Assembly: GCA_963776245.1 (NCBI GenBank)
Contig: CAVZLN010000003.1
Location: forward strand, 576,001-640,000
DNA: 64,000 nucleotides
Source: Candidatus Eiseniibacteriota bacterium
GTDB taxonomy: Bacteria; Eisenbacteria; RBG-16-71-46
Reading direction: 5' to 3'
Part shown: positions 8,737-18,951 of the stretch, in pieces
How the letters are laid out: every line of letters starts with the position of its first letter
Numbering within the stretch: the stretch's first letter is position 1
Notes under the pieces: model-generated
What the model was told of the DNA's origin: nothing
Seen by the model: only the letters and a program-made list of their open reading frames with translations
The model's database searches: none
Position numbers and translations under genes: made by a program

Positions 8737-10001
8737 GCCTCCCGACGCGGCGCCGCGACGCGTTCGCCACCCTGTGCGGGGCGCTCGCGGCGCTGGCGGT
8801 GCTCGGCCTCGCGCCCGCGCCCGCCAGCGCCACGATGGAGGAGTACTCCACCTTCGATGTCGCCGCGCGCGAGGAGGACGACGAGAGCCTGCTCGACCAC
8901 CTGCTCACCCGCCCGCCGAGCGAATGGCGCGACGAGTGGGAGCGCGCGCCCCAGGCGTTCCGCAGCGGCCAGGGCTGTCTCACGTCCGGGCAGTGGTTCC
9001 TGATGAACGATCTCAAGCTGACCTCGCCGCTCGGCGAGCGCGCGCGCTTCTTCCTCGGGCTGCGGCAGACCCACAGCGACGCGGTGGACTACGAGGAGCT
9101 CGGCTTCGGGTTCCGCTTCCCGATCCGCTGGGGAAGCCTGTCCGCGGAGTTCCAGCCGTCGTGGGACAAGAGCCGGCAGGACTTCATCGTCGGGTGGGAG
9201 GCCGGCACCGACAGCTCGCGGTTCCACGTCCAGACGGCGTTCAACGTCGAGGACATGTTCAACAATCTGTGGGCCTGGCGTCAGACGCGCGTCGGCGCGC
9301 TGGCCGAGCCCTACCGGCGGCATCCGTACGAGCCGCGCCTGCGCGTCACCGCGCGCGGCGAGGACTGGCGCGCCGAGATCGGCGGGCGCTGGATGCGGCC
9401 CTCGCTCAAGCAGGTGTCCGGCTACTACGTGGACGCGGGGTTCAGCCTGCAGTCGCTGTGGGGGGCGATCGCGTGGGCCGCGGCGGAGAAGCGCGCGCTG
9501 GGCGTCACCTGGGAGGCGACGGTGCGCGACCAACAGGTCGAGAGCACCGACGCCCCGCTGGACGCGCCGCTCCTCGATCACCGCGACTACCGGCGCGAAT
9601 GGACCGCCGAGCTCGCCGCCCGCCGCGCCGTCACGCGGCGCCTCGACGTGCAGCTGCGCGGGATCTATCAGGACCGCACCCAGGCGTACGGCGCGGGCCT
9701 CGGTCCGGGCGCGTTCCGCGGGCTCGACCGCCTCGCGCAGGCGGAACTGTTCTACCGCGCCTCGCCGCGGTTCGGCTGCCGGGTGGGCGTGCTCCACGAC
9801 CGGATCGGGATCGCCGAGCGCGGCGTCGTCCCGGTGTTCACCTACGGCTCGCGCAAGGAATCGCGCGCGTACATCGGCCTGATGGCGCGCTTCGGGCGCG
9901 TGACGGTGCAGGGCATCGAGGGCATCGAGCTCGACCACGAGCCCTACGAGGTGGAGTTCCACCACGACAAGGGCTTCCTCCACCTGCAGACGACGTTCTG
10001 A
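8733..10001 (+). CDS. Hypothetical outer-membrane beta-barrel protein
   Basis: GTGA overlap with eda stop; signal peptide; aromatic-rich amphipathic strands; C-terminal FLHLQTTF beta-signal. Confidence 0.7.
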   Translation: MSLPTRRRDAFATLCGALAALAVLGLAPAPASATMEEYSTFDVAAREEDDESLLDHLLTRPPSEWRDEWERAPQAFRSGQGCLTSGQWFLMNDLKLTSPLGERARFFLGLRQTHSDAVDYEELGFGFRFPIRWGSLSAEFQPSWDKSRQDFIVGWEAGTDSSRFHVQTAFNVEDMFNNLWAWRQTRVGALAEPYRRHPYEPRLRVTARGEDWRAEIGGRWMRPSLKQVSGYYVDAGFSLQSLWGAIAWAAAEKRALGVTWEATVRDQQVESTDAPLDAPLLDHRDYRREWTAELAARRAVTRRLDVQLRGIYQDRTQAYGAGLGPGAFRGLDRLAQAELFYRASPRFGCRVGVLHDRIGIAERGVVPVFTYGSRKESRAYIGLMARFGRVTVQGIEGIELDHEPYEVEFHHDKGFLHLQTTF

Positions 10002-10189
10002 CCCGCCGCCGCGCCGGACCGGGGCCGGTTCCGTCTCGCGCGCGCGACGCGCGACATGACCCGACCGAACACCGCGCCGAAGACCTTGCTTAGCCGGCGT
10101 GCGGCCGCTATCGTCGGGCTCTCCGGTACCGACATCCGGCCATCTGGGTCCATCGCATCCCGCCTCGGGACCCGCTACAAGGAGGAAGC

Positions 10190-11674
10190 ATGCGCCTGAG
10201 TCTCCGATTCGCCGCACTGGGCCTCGCCGCGCTGGCCGCGGCTGGAACCGTCCAGGCGGAGCCGACGGGCCGTTATTTCACGCTGACGCCCTTCGGCGGA
10301 TACCGAGTCTTCGATGGGGACCAGAAGTTCCCCGGCACGAACACCATCCAGGACAACCTCTACGTGGGCGGGCGGCTCGGCTGGCAGGCGCTCCCGTGGA
10401 TCGGGGTCGAGGCCGCGGGCGGCCTCACGCCGACCGCCGAGGATGTCCCGACCGGGCGCGACCTCGACGTGTGGCACGCGTCGGGCAACCTGATGCTCAC
10501 GCCGGCCAACGGCCGCTGGGGCGGCCCGTTCCTGTTCGGCGGGTTCGGCTACAACAAGACCAAGCTCTCGGCCGGCGACACCGAGCAGCACTTCGGCGCC
10601 ATCGAGGGCGGCGGCGGACTGCGCTTCTGGCTCACGGACGCGATCGGGCTGAGGCTCGAGGCGCGCAACCTGTCGCTGATGGCCGCGAAGCCCAAGATGG
10701 AGCTGAAGTACAACGACATCGTGTTCGGCGGCGGTCTCGAGCTGGCGCTCGGCGGGGTGCCGCGCGACAGCGACGGCGATGGCGTGTCGGACCGCAAGGA
10801 CCGCTGTCCCGACACCCCCAGGGGCGCGACCGTGGACGCCAGCGGCTGCCCCATCGACAGCGATGGCGACGGGGTGTTCGACGGCCTCGACAAGTGCCCC
10901 AGCACGCCCCGGGGATGCAAGGTGGACGCCGCCGGCTGCCCGATCGACAGCGACGGCGATGGCGTGTGCGACGGGCTGGACCAGTGCCCCGACACGCCCA
11001 AGGGCGCGACCGTGGACGCCAAGGGATGCCCGAGCGACAGCGACGGCGACGGCGTGCTCGACGGGCTCGACAAGTGCCCGGACACGCCGAAAGGCGCGAC
11101 GGTCGACGCGACCGGCTGCCCGCAGGACAGCGACGGTGACGGCGTGTTCGACGGGCTCGACAAGTGCCCGGACACCCCGGCCGGCGCCAAGGTGGACAAG
11201 GACGGCTGCCCGGTGGAGTTGATCGAGCGCGAGACCGAGCTGCTCGACACCGGCATGATCCGCCTGCAGAACATCAATTTCGAGACCGCCAAGGCGGACC
11301 TGCTGCCGGACGCGTTCCCGACGCTCGACGTGGTGGGCCAGGTGCTCACCAAGTGGCCGGAACTGCGCATCGAGATCGGCGGCCACACCGACGCGCGCGG
11401 CTCGAACGCGTACAACCAGAAGCTCAGCGAGGCGCGCGCCCATTCGGTGCTGAGCTACATGACCGGCAAGTTCCCGAACCTCAAGCCCGAGCAGTTCACC
11501 GCCAAGGGCTACGGCGAGTCCAAGCCGGTGGCACCGAACACCGACGCGCTCGGCATGGCGAAGAACCGCCGCGTCGAGTTCGTGGTGCTGAACACCGACG
11601 TGCTCAAGCGCGAGGTGGAGCGGCGTCGCCTGCTTCAGAAGGACGAGGCGCCGCCGCCGGGCGGGAACAAGTAG
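10190..11674 (+). CDS. OmpA family protein with N-terminal beta-barrel and thrombospondin type-3 Ca-binding repeats
   Basis: AGGAGG RBS; signal peptide; five DSDGDGVxDxxDxCP repeats; OmpA C-terminal motifs GHTDARG, NQKLSEARA, NRRVEF. Confidence 0.95.
   Translation: MRLSLRFAALGLAALAAAGTVQAEPTGRYFTLTPFGGYRVFDGDQKFPGTNTIQDNLYVGGRLGWQALPWIGVEAAGGLTPTAEDVPTGRDLDVWHASGNLMLTPANGRWGGPFLFGGFGYNKTKLSAGDTEQHFGAIEGGGGLRFWLTDAIGLRLEARNLSLMAAKPKMELKYNDIVFGGGLELALGGVPRDSDGDGVSDRKDRCPDTPRGATVDASGCPIDSDGDGVFDGLDKCPSTPRGCKVDAAGCPIDSDGDGVCDGLDQCPDTPKGATVDAKGCPSDSDGDGVLDGLDKCPDTPKGATVDATGCPQDSDGDGVFDGLDKCPDTPAGAKVDKDGCPVELIERETELLDTGMIRLQNINFETAKADLLPDAFPTLDVVGQVLTKWPELRIEIGGHTDARGSNAYNQKLSEARAHSVLSYMTGKFPNLKPEQFTAKGYGESKPVAPNTDALGMAKNRRVEFVVLNTDVLKREVERRRLLQKDEAPPPGGNK
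10766..11213 (+). repeat. Five 90-bp tandem coding repeats (TSP3-like)
   Basis: GACAGCGA(C/T)GG starts at 10766, 10856, 10946, 11036 and 11126. Confidence 0.95.
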
Positions 11675-11691
11675 TCCGCCGTGCGGCGCGG

Positions 11692-11721
11692 GCGGCCCGG
11701 GTGCTTCGGCATCCGGGCCGC
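11692..11721 (+). terminator. Hairpin with cUUCGg tetraloop after the OmpA gene
   Basis: GCGGCCCGGGTGC-TTCG-GCATCCGGGCCGC. Confidence 0.65.
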
Positions 11722-11798
11722 GTCGCGCTTCGTGCTACCCTGACCCGCGTCGGACGCCGCCGCCACGCGCAGCGTCCCAGCGAGGGACGAGGGACCCC

Positions 11799-12977
11799 AT
11801 GAGCATCCGCACGCCTGCGTTCGCCGCGGGCGAGTGCCAGGAGATGGTGGCGACGCGGCGCGACCTGCACGCCCACCCCGAGACCGCGTTCGAGGAGGTG
11901 CGCACCGCGGCGCTGGTGGCCGACCGCCTGCGCGCGCTCGGGCTCGAGCCCCGCACCGGGGTCGGCCGCACCGGCGTGCTCGCCACGGTGAAGGGCGGGC
12001 GCCCCGGCCGGACCGTGCTGCTGCGGGCCGACATGGACGCGCTGCCGATCCAGGAGGAGAACGCGGTCCCCTACCGCTCGACGGTGGACGGCCGGATGCA
12101 CGCCTGCGGCCACGACTGTCACACCGCGATCCTGCTCGGCGTCGCGCGCCGGCTGGTCGCGGAGTCGGCGTCGCGCGCCGGCGACGTGCGGCTGTGCTTC
12201 CAGCCGGCCGAGGAGCAGGGCGGCGGCGCGCTCGCGATGATCGCGGATGGCGCGCTCGCGGATCCGCGGCCCGACGCGGCGTTCGGCCTGCACGTGTGGC
12301 AGGACCTCGAGCTCGGGCAGGTCGGCGTCACCGACGGGCCGTGGATGGCCGCGGTGGACGAGTTCACCGTCACGGTGCACGGCAAGGGCGCGCACGCGGC
12401 GATGCCCCACTTCGGCACCGACCCGGTGGTGTGCCTCGCGCACCTCGTCACCGCGCTGCAGACCATCGCCAGCCGCGGCGTGAGCCCGTTCGCCGAGGTG
12501 GTGGTGAGCGTCACCCAGCTGCGCGCCGGCTCGGCGTTCAACATCCTTCCCGGCAGCGCGTGGATGAACGGCACGGTGCGGGTCTTCGACCGCGCGCTGT
12601 GGGCCGAGTTGCCGGCCCGCTTCGAACGCATCTGCAACGGCGTGGCCGGCGCCTTCGGCTGCCGCGCCGAGGTGAAGTACGACCGCTTCAACCAGCCCAC
12701 CGTGAACGATCCCGCGATGGCCCGGATGGCCCGCGAGGTCGCGGCCGGGGTGGTGGGCGCCGAGAACGTGCACGACGACATCCGCACCATGGGCGGCGAG
12801 GACTTCTCGGCGTTCCTCGCCGAGGTGCCCGGCTGCTTCATCGCGGTCGGCTCGCGCAACGAATCCAAGGGCCTGATCGGGGACCACCACCACCCGCGCT
12901 TCGACGTGGACGAAGCCTGTCTCGGCATCGGCGCCGAGATCCTGCTCCGCACCGCGAAGCGATTCCTGGAGTCATGA
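11799..12977 (+). CDS. M20D family amidohydrolase
   Basis: RRDLHAHPE, LRADMDALP, MHACGHD, FQPAEE, GGEDF, HHPRF. Confidence 0.95.
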   Translation: MSIRTPAFAAGECQEMVATRRDLHAHPETAFEEVRTAALVADRLRALGLEPRTGVGRTGVLATVKGGRPGRTVLLRADMDALPIQEENAVPYRSTVDGRMHACGHDCHTAILLGVARRLVAESASRAGDVRLCFQPAEEQGGGALAMIADGALADPRPDAAFGLHVWQDLELGQVGVTDGPWMAAVDEFTVTVHGKGAHAAMPHFGTDPVVCLAHLVTALQTIASRGVSPFAEVVVSVTQLRAGSAFNILPGSAWMNGTVRVFDRALWAELPARFERICNGVAGAFGCRAEVKYDRFNQPTVNDPAMARMAREVAAGVVGAENVHDDIRTMGGEDFSAFLAEVPGCFIAVGSRNESKGLIGDHHHPRFDVDEACLGIGAEILLRTAKRFLES

Positions 12978-14353
12978 ACCCCATGCGCATCCGCATCCCG
13001 TCCGTCCCCGGCGTCGCACTCGCACTCGCGTGCTCCACTTTGCTGGTCCTCGCCCGGCCGGGCGCCGGCGCCGACTCGATGCAGCCCGATCCCTCCCTGC
13101 GCGAGGCCCTGCTCATGCAGCGGCTCGCCGCGCGCGACACGATCGGCTTCGCCGGAGACGTCGGGCGGCTCGACTCGCTGGGCGTCGCGCTGCTGCGGAT
13201 CGGGCGCTTCGCCGAGGCGCGGCAGGTGCTCGGGCGCGTGCTGGCGCTGGCGCCGGCCGACGACGCGGCGCGCGCGGGGCTCGGCAAGCTGGCGCTCTTC
13301 CGCGACGACCTCGCCGCGGCCGACAGCCTGCTCGTCGGGCCGGCGCGGGCGGGCGATCCGGATGCCGCCAGCGATCTGCTCGCCGCCCGCGTGCGGGCGG
13401 GCCGATGGGCGGAGGCCGCCGAACTGAGCGAGGCCGCGGGCCAGCCCGGCCGCGCCGACCAGCTGCGGCAGATGGGCGAGCAGGGCGTGTACGCCATCAC
13501 CGCGGGGCCCGAGCAGGGCGAAGTGATGTTCGCGCGCTCCTGGCCCGCCCCGCTGGTGAGCGTGAGGCTGAACGGGCAGTCGGTCCTGATGGCGGTGGAC
13601 ACCGGCACCGACGATCTGGTGCTCGACGAATCGATCGCGCGCGGCACCGGGGTGGCGGTGGGCCCGAGCCAGCACATGGTGTTCTGGAACGGCGCGCGCG
13701 CCGCGGTCCGCAACGCGTGGGTGGCGCGCCTCGAGATCGCCGGGTTCCGCATCGAGAAGCTGCCGGCCGGCTGCCTGTCGCTGCGCAAGTGGAGCCTCGA
13801 GGTGAATCCCCAGAGCGAGCGGGTCGCCGGCATCATCGGCCTCGGGCTGCTGCGGCGCTTCACCCCGACGCTGGATTTCGCGCGCCAGCGGCTGGTGCTG
13901 CGCCGTCCGGGGGTGGCGTTCGCGCCCGCGGCGGGCGCCCAGCGCGTGCCGTTCGAACTGTGGGGCGAGAACGAGCTGATGGTGTGGGGCTCGATCTCCG
14001 GGGGCCGCCGCCTGGCGATGGTGGTCCAGACCGGCGTGCCGGCCTGCGGACTGGGCGCGCCGCAGGAGGTGTGCGACGAATTCGGCCTGCGGGCGGGCCC
14101 GGTGGCGCGCGCCATGAAGAGCGCGGGCACCTGGATCGGCGGACGGCCGTGGATCGCGGTCACCGTCCCCGCGGTGAACGTGGGGCGCGTCGCGACCGAC
14201 AAGGTGCCGGGCTGGATCGGCGCGCTCGACTCCTCGGAGCTGTGGCGCCACGGGGTGCGCCGCGACGCGCTGCTGTCGCACGCCTTCTTCCGCGGCCGCC
14301 GCGTGACCATCGACTGGTCGGCCCACGAACTGGTGATCGAAGACAAGCCCTGA
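12974..14353 (+). CDS. Exported TPR + retropepsin-like aspartyl protease domain protein
   Basis: ATGA overlap with the upstream gene; signal peptide; TPR-like helices; MAVDTG and GIIGL motifs; second lobe VVQTG/DALLS. Confidence 0.75.
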   Translation: MNPMRIRIPSVPGVALALACSTLLVLARPGAGADSMQPDPSLREALLMQRLAARDTIGFAGDVGRLDSLGVALLRIGRFAEARQVLGRVLALAPADDAARAGLGKLALFRDDLAAADSLLVGPARAGDPDAASDLLAARVRAGRWAEAAELSEAAGQPGRADQLRQMGEQGVYAITAGPEQGEVMFARSWPAPLVSVRLNGQSVLMAVDTGTDDLVLDESIARGTGVAVGPSQHMVFWNGARAAVRNAWVARLEIAGFRIEKLPAGCLSLRKWSLEVNPQSERVAGIIGLGLLRRFTPTLDFARQRLVLRRPGVAFAPAAGAQRVPFELWGENELMVWGSISGGRRLAMVVQTGVPACGLGAPQEVCDEFGLRAGPVARAMKSAGTWIGGRPWIAVTVPAVNVGRVATDKVPGWIGALDSSELWRHGVRRDALLSHAFFRGRRVTIDWSAHELVIEDKP

Positions 14354-14378
14354 GCGGCCGGGGCGCTCGCCCGGTGAC

Positions 14379-14415
14379 CGAAGGCCCGCCGCGCGTGACG
14401 CACGGCGGGCCTTCG
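14379..14415. terminator. Likely bidirectional terminator hairpin between convergent genes
   Basis: CGAAGGCCCGCCG...CGGCGGGCCTTCG inverted repeat. Confidence 0.65.
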
Positions 14416-14435
14416 ATCTTCCCCGCGGCCGCGCC

Positions 14436-14969
14436 TCAGGGCGAGTGCTTCGCGCCGTCCTCGTCGCGGGTCTCGGCCTCGCCCGTCTCCCCTGCAGGCC
14501 GGACGACGCCGGCGGAGTCCCGGGCCGCGCCGCCCGTCTTCACGTTGGCGCCGTGCTCGTACACCAGGATGCCGCCGCGGTGCCCGGTGACGCCCACCGC
14601 CACCGCGGCGCCGATCTGCAGCAGCAACGCGAGGGTGTTGAGCGCGCCCGCCGCGGGTCTCACCCGCGCGGCGGCGCCGAGCAGCACCAGCGCGCCGCCC
14701 GCCAGCCACAGCGTGATCCGCGCCATGTCCTCATGGGCATCCACGGCCCGCTCGGGCACGCCCTGGTCCTCGGCGTGGTCCCCGGCGCCCTCGCCGGACT
14801 TGAGCGCCACCCATCCGCCGACGAAGCCGACCAGCAACATCGCGATCGCGGCCTTGCGCCACCAGCCGACGTCCGCGAGGCGGCCGACGATCATGAACAG
14901 GGCGCTGAAGATGATCAGCGCGATCGGCGTGTGCACCAGCTGGGGATGGAACTGCGCGAGTACCTCCAT
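14436..14969 (-). CDS. DUF2231-type membrane protein
   Basis: FHPQLVHTPIAL, conserved His (DAHE), GHRGGILVYEHG; four TM segments; GGAGG RBS. Confidence 0.85.
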   Translation of the reverse strand: MEVLAQFHPQLVHTPIALIIFSALFMIVGRLADVGWWRKAAIAMLLVGFVGGWVALKSGEGAGDHAEDQGVPERAVDAHEDMARITLWLAGGALVLLGAAARVRPAAGALNTLALLLQIGAAVAVGVTGHRGGILVYEHGANVKTGGAARDSAGVVRPAGETGEAETRDEDGAKHSP

Positions 14970-15057
14970 GCGCTCCTCCGCGGTCGGTCGTGGGCTCGGG
15001 GTGCGTCCAGCCTAGTCGCAATGACGCGCGCGCGCCAAGCGGCTACACTCGCGCGCC

Positions 15058-15753
15058 GTGAACGCACCCCCATCCCTCGTGCCGCGCGCGCTGGTCCTGG
15101 CGCTGGTCGTCGCCGCCATCGAGGCCGCGCTGCTCGCGCTCGCGCTGGGCGGCGTCGGCGCCCTCGCCGCGCACCCGCGCGCACTGGCCCTGATCGGGGT
15201 CTGGACCGCCAGCGGCCTCGCCCTCGCGGTCCTGCGCCCGGTGCGCTCCCAGGACGTGGTCGAGCAGCCCCCGGGCCAGGCGTTCCTGCTGGTGGCGCTG
15301 CTGGTGCTGCCGCTGTTCACGCCGATGCTGTGCGCGTGGGCCGCGCGCGCGGCGCTGGCGCCGCTGCCCGGCGGCCCGGCGCTGCGCTGGGCCGGCGTGG
15401 CGCTCGCCGCCGCCGGTCTCGCGTTGCGCATCGCCGCGATGGCCCAGCTGGGAGACCGCTTCGCGGCGCGGGTCGCGCTCCAGCGCGATCACGTGCTCGA
15501 GACACGCGGGCTCTACGGCGCGCTGCGGCACCCCGGCTATCTCGGGGCGTGGCTGGCCAACCTGGGGGTGGTGCTGGCGTTCGGCAGCGCCGCGGGGCTC
15601 GCGAGCGCGGTGCTGTTCGGGTGGGCGCTCGACGCGCGGATGCGAGCCGAGGAGGAGCTGCTGGCACGCCGGTTCGGCCCGGACTGGCGAGCGTACGCGG
15701 CGCGCGCGGGGCGCTGGGTCCCGCGGCGCGCGCCGCGCTTGGCGCGGCCATGA
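15058..15753 (+). CDS. Isoprenylcysteine carboxyl methyltransferase (ICMT/PEMT) family membrane protein
   Basis: HVLETRGLYGALRHPGYLG, RMRAEEELL...FG...Y. Confidence 0.9.
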   Translation: MNAPPSLVPRALVLALVVAAIEAALLALALGGVGALAAHPRALALIGVWTASGLALAVLRPVRSQDVVEQPPGQAFLLVALLVLPLFTPMLCAWAARAALAPLPGGPALRWAGVALAAAGLALRIAAMAQLGDRFAARVALQRDHVLETRGLYGALRHPGYLGAWLANLGVVLAFGSAAGLASAVLFGWALDARMRAEEELLARRFGPDWRAYAARAGRWVPRRAPRLARP

Positions 15754-15773
15754 GCCTCGGCTATCCTGCGCCG

Positions 15774-16445
15774 ATGCGCATCCACTATCACGTCATGTCG
15801 GCCCCCGCGCCCCTTGGCCTGCTGTTCCTGGCTCTCGGCGAGCACGGGCTGCGCTACCTGAAGTTCATGGAGCGCAAGAGCCTCAAGCGGGTCATCGCCT
15901 CGCTCGCGCCGGCGGAGCCGGGGGCGGAGTGGCTCCCGTCGCTGCTCGAGCTCAAGCCGGTGGTGGATCAGCTCGAGGCCTACTTCTGCGGCACGCTCAC
16001 CGAGTTCGGACTGCGGCTCGACCCCCGCGGCTCGGACTTCCAGCGGGCGGTGTGGAACGAGCTGGCGCGCATCCCGTTCGCCCACACCCGCACCTACGGG
16101 GACATCGCGAAGGCGATCGGGCAGCCGCGCGCAGCGCGCGGCGTCGGACTCGCGAACCACCAGAACCCGCTCGCGATCGTCGTTCCCTGCCACCGCGTCA
16201 TCGGCGCCGACGGGAGCCTGACCGGCTACGGCGGCGGCCTGCCGAGGAAGCGCTGGCTGCTCGAGCACGAGCGCCGCTTCGCCGCGCTGACCGCGCGGTC
16301 CGAGCCCATGCTGGTGGCGTCCGCGCGTCCCGCGCCGCGGCCCGAGGCGCGCATCCCCGCGAAGCGGACGACGAGGCCGCGCACGGCGGCCCGCGTCCCC
16401 GCACGCGCCACTCGCGCCGCGAAGCCCGCGCGGTCCGCACGCTGA
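15774..16445 (+). CDS. ogt: Methylated-DNA--protein-cysteine methyltransferase
   Basis: FQRAVW, TYGDIA, IVVPCHRVIG active site, GYGGG; basic C-terminal tail. Alternative start at 15750. Confidence 0.92.
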   Translation: MRIHYHVMSAPAPLGLLFLALGEHGLRYLKFMERKSLKRVIASLAPAEPGAEWLPSLLELKPVVDQLEAYFCGTLTEFGLRLDPRGSDFQRAVWNELARIPFAHTRTYGDIAKAIGQPRAARGVGLANHQNPLAIVVPCHRVIGADGSLTGYGGGLPRKRWLLEHERRFAALTARSEPMLVASARPAPRPEARIPAKRTTRPRTAARVPARATRAAKPARSAR

Positions 16446-16461
16446 AGCGCGCGCCGCGAGG

Positions 16462-17478
16462 CTATGGCGCCGGGGTGCCGAAGTGGTCGAATCCCACGCC
16501 CGGCAGCGGACGGCGGCTCTCCGACGCCAGCAGCGTGAGGACGCCGGGCGCCTCGGTGAGCCGGCCGACGACGTGGAGCGTCGTCTCCGACTCCCGTGCG
16601 ACCGCCGTGACGGCGTCGCGTTTCGACGGGTCGAGCGCCAGCAGCAGCTCGTAGTCGTCGCTGGGACCGAACCGCAGCACTTCCGCCGCCACGCCCAGGA
16701 CCTCCGCCGCGCGCTCGAGCGCGGCGTCGTGCGGCCACTCGCCCGCGAGCACCGTGGCGCCGGTGCCGCTCGCCTCGCACAGGTGCGCGAGATCGCCGGC
16801 GAAGCCGTCCGAGACATCCACGCAGGCGGTCACCGCGTCGAGCGCCGCGAGCCGCAGCGCGAACGCGACGCGCGCACGTGGCGCGCGCCACGCGTCGAGC
16901 AGCGGGGCGAGGCCGGCGTCCTTCGCCGCCGCGGCGTTCGCGAGCGCGAGCCGCAGCCCGGCGCCGGCGCGGCCGGGCCAGCCGGTCACCGCGAGCAGAT
17001 CGCCCGGCCGCCCGCCGTGGCGCGTCCACACCCGGCCCCGCGGCACGACCCCGAGCAGCGTGAGGCTCATCCACTCCGCGCCCTCGACCGCCGTGAGGTT
17101 CCCACCCACCACCGCGGCCTGGTGCTCGGCGAGCGCGTCCGTCAGTCCGTCCTGGAGCGCCACCAGCGCGTCCATGTCGTGGTCGCGGCGCACTCCGAGC
17201 GAGAGCAGGGCCCAGCGCGGCGCGGCTCCCATGGCGGCGAGGTCGCTGAGATTGGCCGCGGCGAGCCGCGCGCCCATACCGCGCGGGGTCATCCAGCCGG
17301 CGAGCACGTGACGGCCCTCGACGAACGCGTCGGTGGTCGCCACCAGGTCGTCGCGCGAGATCATGCGCAGCACGGCGGCGTCGTCGCCGGCGCCCACCAC
17401 CACGCCGGCGGCCGCGGTCCGGCGCGCGGTGAGGCGACGGATGGCCTCGAACTCCCCGACCTCATCGAGTCGCGGCAT
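16462..17478 (-). CDS. thiL: Thiamine-monophosphate kinase
   Basis: [47 protein letters not shown]. Confidence 0.95.
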   Translation of the reverse strand: MPRLDEVGEFEAIRRLTARRTAAAGVVVGAGDDAAVLRMISRDDLVATTDAFVEGRHVLAGWMTPRGMGARLAAANLSDLAAMGAAPRWALLSLGVRRDHDMDALVALQDGLTDALAEHQAAVVGGNLTAVEGAEWMSLTLLGVVPRGRVWTRHGGRPGDLLAVTGWPGRAGAGLRLALANAAAAKDAGLAPLLDAWRAPRARVAFALRLAALDAVTACVDVSDGFAGDLAHLCEASGTGATVLAGEWPHDAALERAAEVLGVAAEVLRFGPSDDYELLLALDPSKRDAVTAVARESETTLHVVGRLTEAPGVLTLLASESRRPLPGVGFDHFGTPAP

Positions 17479-18685
17479 CGGCGACGTCCCTCCGCTCATG
17501 CCCGGCGGGCAGGAGCACCACGAACAGAACGGCCGCGAGCAGCGCGAGCGCGGCGTCCACGCCGAAGGTGACCCGCGCGCCGTAGCGGTCCCACAGCCAG
17601 CCGGCCACGATGCTCGCCGGCAGCAGCGCGAAGCCCACCACCGTGTGGTAGATCCCGTAGACCGTGCCGCGCCGTTCGGCGCCGACGAGGTCCGCGAGCA
17701 GGCTGCGCTGCGAGACCTCGATGAGCGCGCTGTGCACGCCATAGAGCGCCAGCGCCGCCATCACCAGCAGGGGGGCGCCGCTCCACGCCAGCAGGGCATA
17801 GACGCCGGCATAGAGCACGTACGCCGCGAGCAGCAGGGGCCGCCGTCCGATGCGGTCGGACAGCGCGCCGGCCGGGAGGCTGAGCGCGGCGTAGACGAGA
17901 TTGTAGAGCAGGTACACCAGCGGCACCGCCGCGACCGCGATACCGCCGTCGCGCGCTCGCAGCATCACGAACGCGATGCTGCTGTTGGCGAGCTGGAACA
18001 CGCCGTCGGCGACCAGGAACCGCTTCACGGGTGTCGGCAGGGCGCGGAACTCGAGGTGGAGCGCGCGCACCTTCGCCATCGGCTCGCGCCGCGGGGCGCG
18101 GACGAACAGCGCGAGCACCACCAGCGAGAGCGCGGCGGGGATGGCGGACACGAGGAAGATCCTGCGGAAGCCGCCGGGCCACGCGGCGAGCAGCGCGAAG
18201 GCCACCAGTGGCCCGATCGCGGCGCCGAGCGTGTCGAGCGAACGGTGGAGCCCGAAGGCGCGTCCGCGCCATGCGGGAGCCACCGAATCGGCGAGCAGCG
18301 CGTCGCGGGGGGGATTGCGCAGACCCTTGCCGACGCGATCGGCGAAGCGCAGGCCGAGCACGGCGGACCACGACGAGGCGAGCGCGAACGACACCTTGGC
18401 GACCCCGGAGAGGCCGTAGCCGAAGACGAGGAAGGGCTTGCGTCGCCCGATGCGGTCGGACAGCCAGCCGGAAGAGAGCCGCAGCAGCGAGGCGGTGCTC
18501 TCGGCGACGCCTTCGATGACGCCGAGGCTCGCGACCGAGGCGTGGAGCACGCCGGTGATGAACAGGGGCAGCACGGGCACGATCATCTCGGACGAGACGT
18601 CGGTGAGGAGCGACGTGAAGCCGAGCGCCCATACGTTGCGCGTGAGGCCCTGTGGCGGGGCGGCCTGCGGATCGTCGGTGGTCAT
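17462..18685 (-). CDS. MFS transporter
   Basis: [37 protein letters not shown]; about 12 TM segments. Confidence 0.92.
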   Translation of the reverse strand: MTTDDPQAAPPQGLTRNVWALGFTSLLTDVSSEMIVPVLPLFITGVLHASVASLGVIEGVAESTASLLRLSSGWLSDRIGRRKPFLVFGYGLSGVAKVSFALASSWSAVLGLRFADRVGKGLRNPPRDALLADSVAPAWRGRAFGLHRSLDTLGAAIGPLVAFALLAAWPGGFRRIFLVSAIPAALSLVVLALFVRAPRREPMAKVRALHLEFRALPTPVKRFLVADGVFQLANSSIAFVMLRARDGGIAVAAVPLVYLLYNLVYAALSLPAGALSDRIGRRPLLLAAYVLYAGVYALLAWSGAPLLVMAALALYGVHSALIEVSQRSLLADLVGAERRGTVYGIYHTVVGFALLPASIVAGWLWDRYGARVTFGVDAALALLAAVLFVVLLPAGHERRDVADAATR

Positions 18686-18833
18686 GAGTGGCGGGAAGGG
18701 TAGCACGGGGGGCATGACGGACATCGCGCCCGCCGGGCGCGCGGTCGATTCGGGCTGCTTGCGTCGCGGACACGGCGCGCGTTCGGCTGGGACTCCCTCG
18801 AGGCGGCGTACCGGCGCGCGGCGAATCGGGCCT

Positions 18834-18915
18834 CCTCCGGACGCCCCGCCGCGCATCCGTGATCCGCTCCGCCGGAATCACCCCTCCGGACGCCCCGCCG
18901 CGCACCGTGTCCGCT
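18834..18915. repeat. Imperfect intergenic tandem duplication (~49-bp period)
   Basis: CCTCCGGACGCCCCGCCGCGCA occurs at 18834 and 18883, each followed by (T)CCGTG(A)TCCGCT. Confidence 0.8.
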
Positions 18916-18951
18916 TGCCGTTCGTCATTTTGCCGTTTGCCGCTGGTGCGG

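Noticed and set aside
10766..11213. Regular 90-bp repeats as a possible CRISPR array
   Set aside because: They are in-frame coding TSP3 repeats with synonymous variation and no unique spacers; no cas genes are present.
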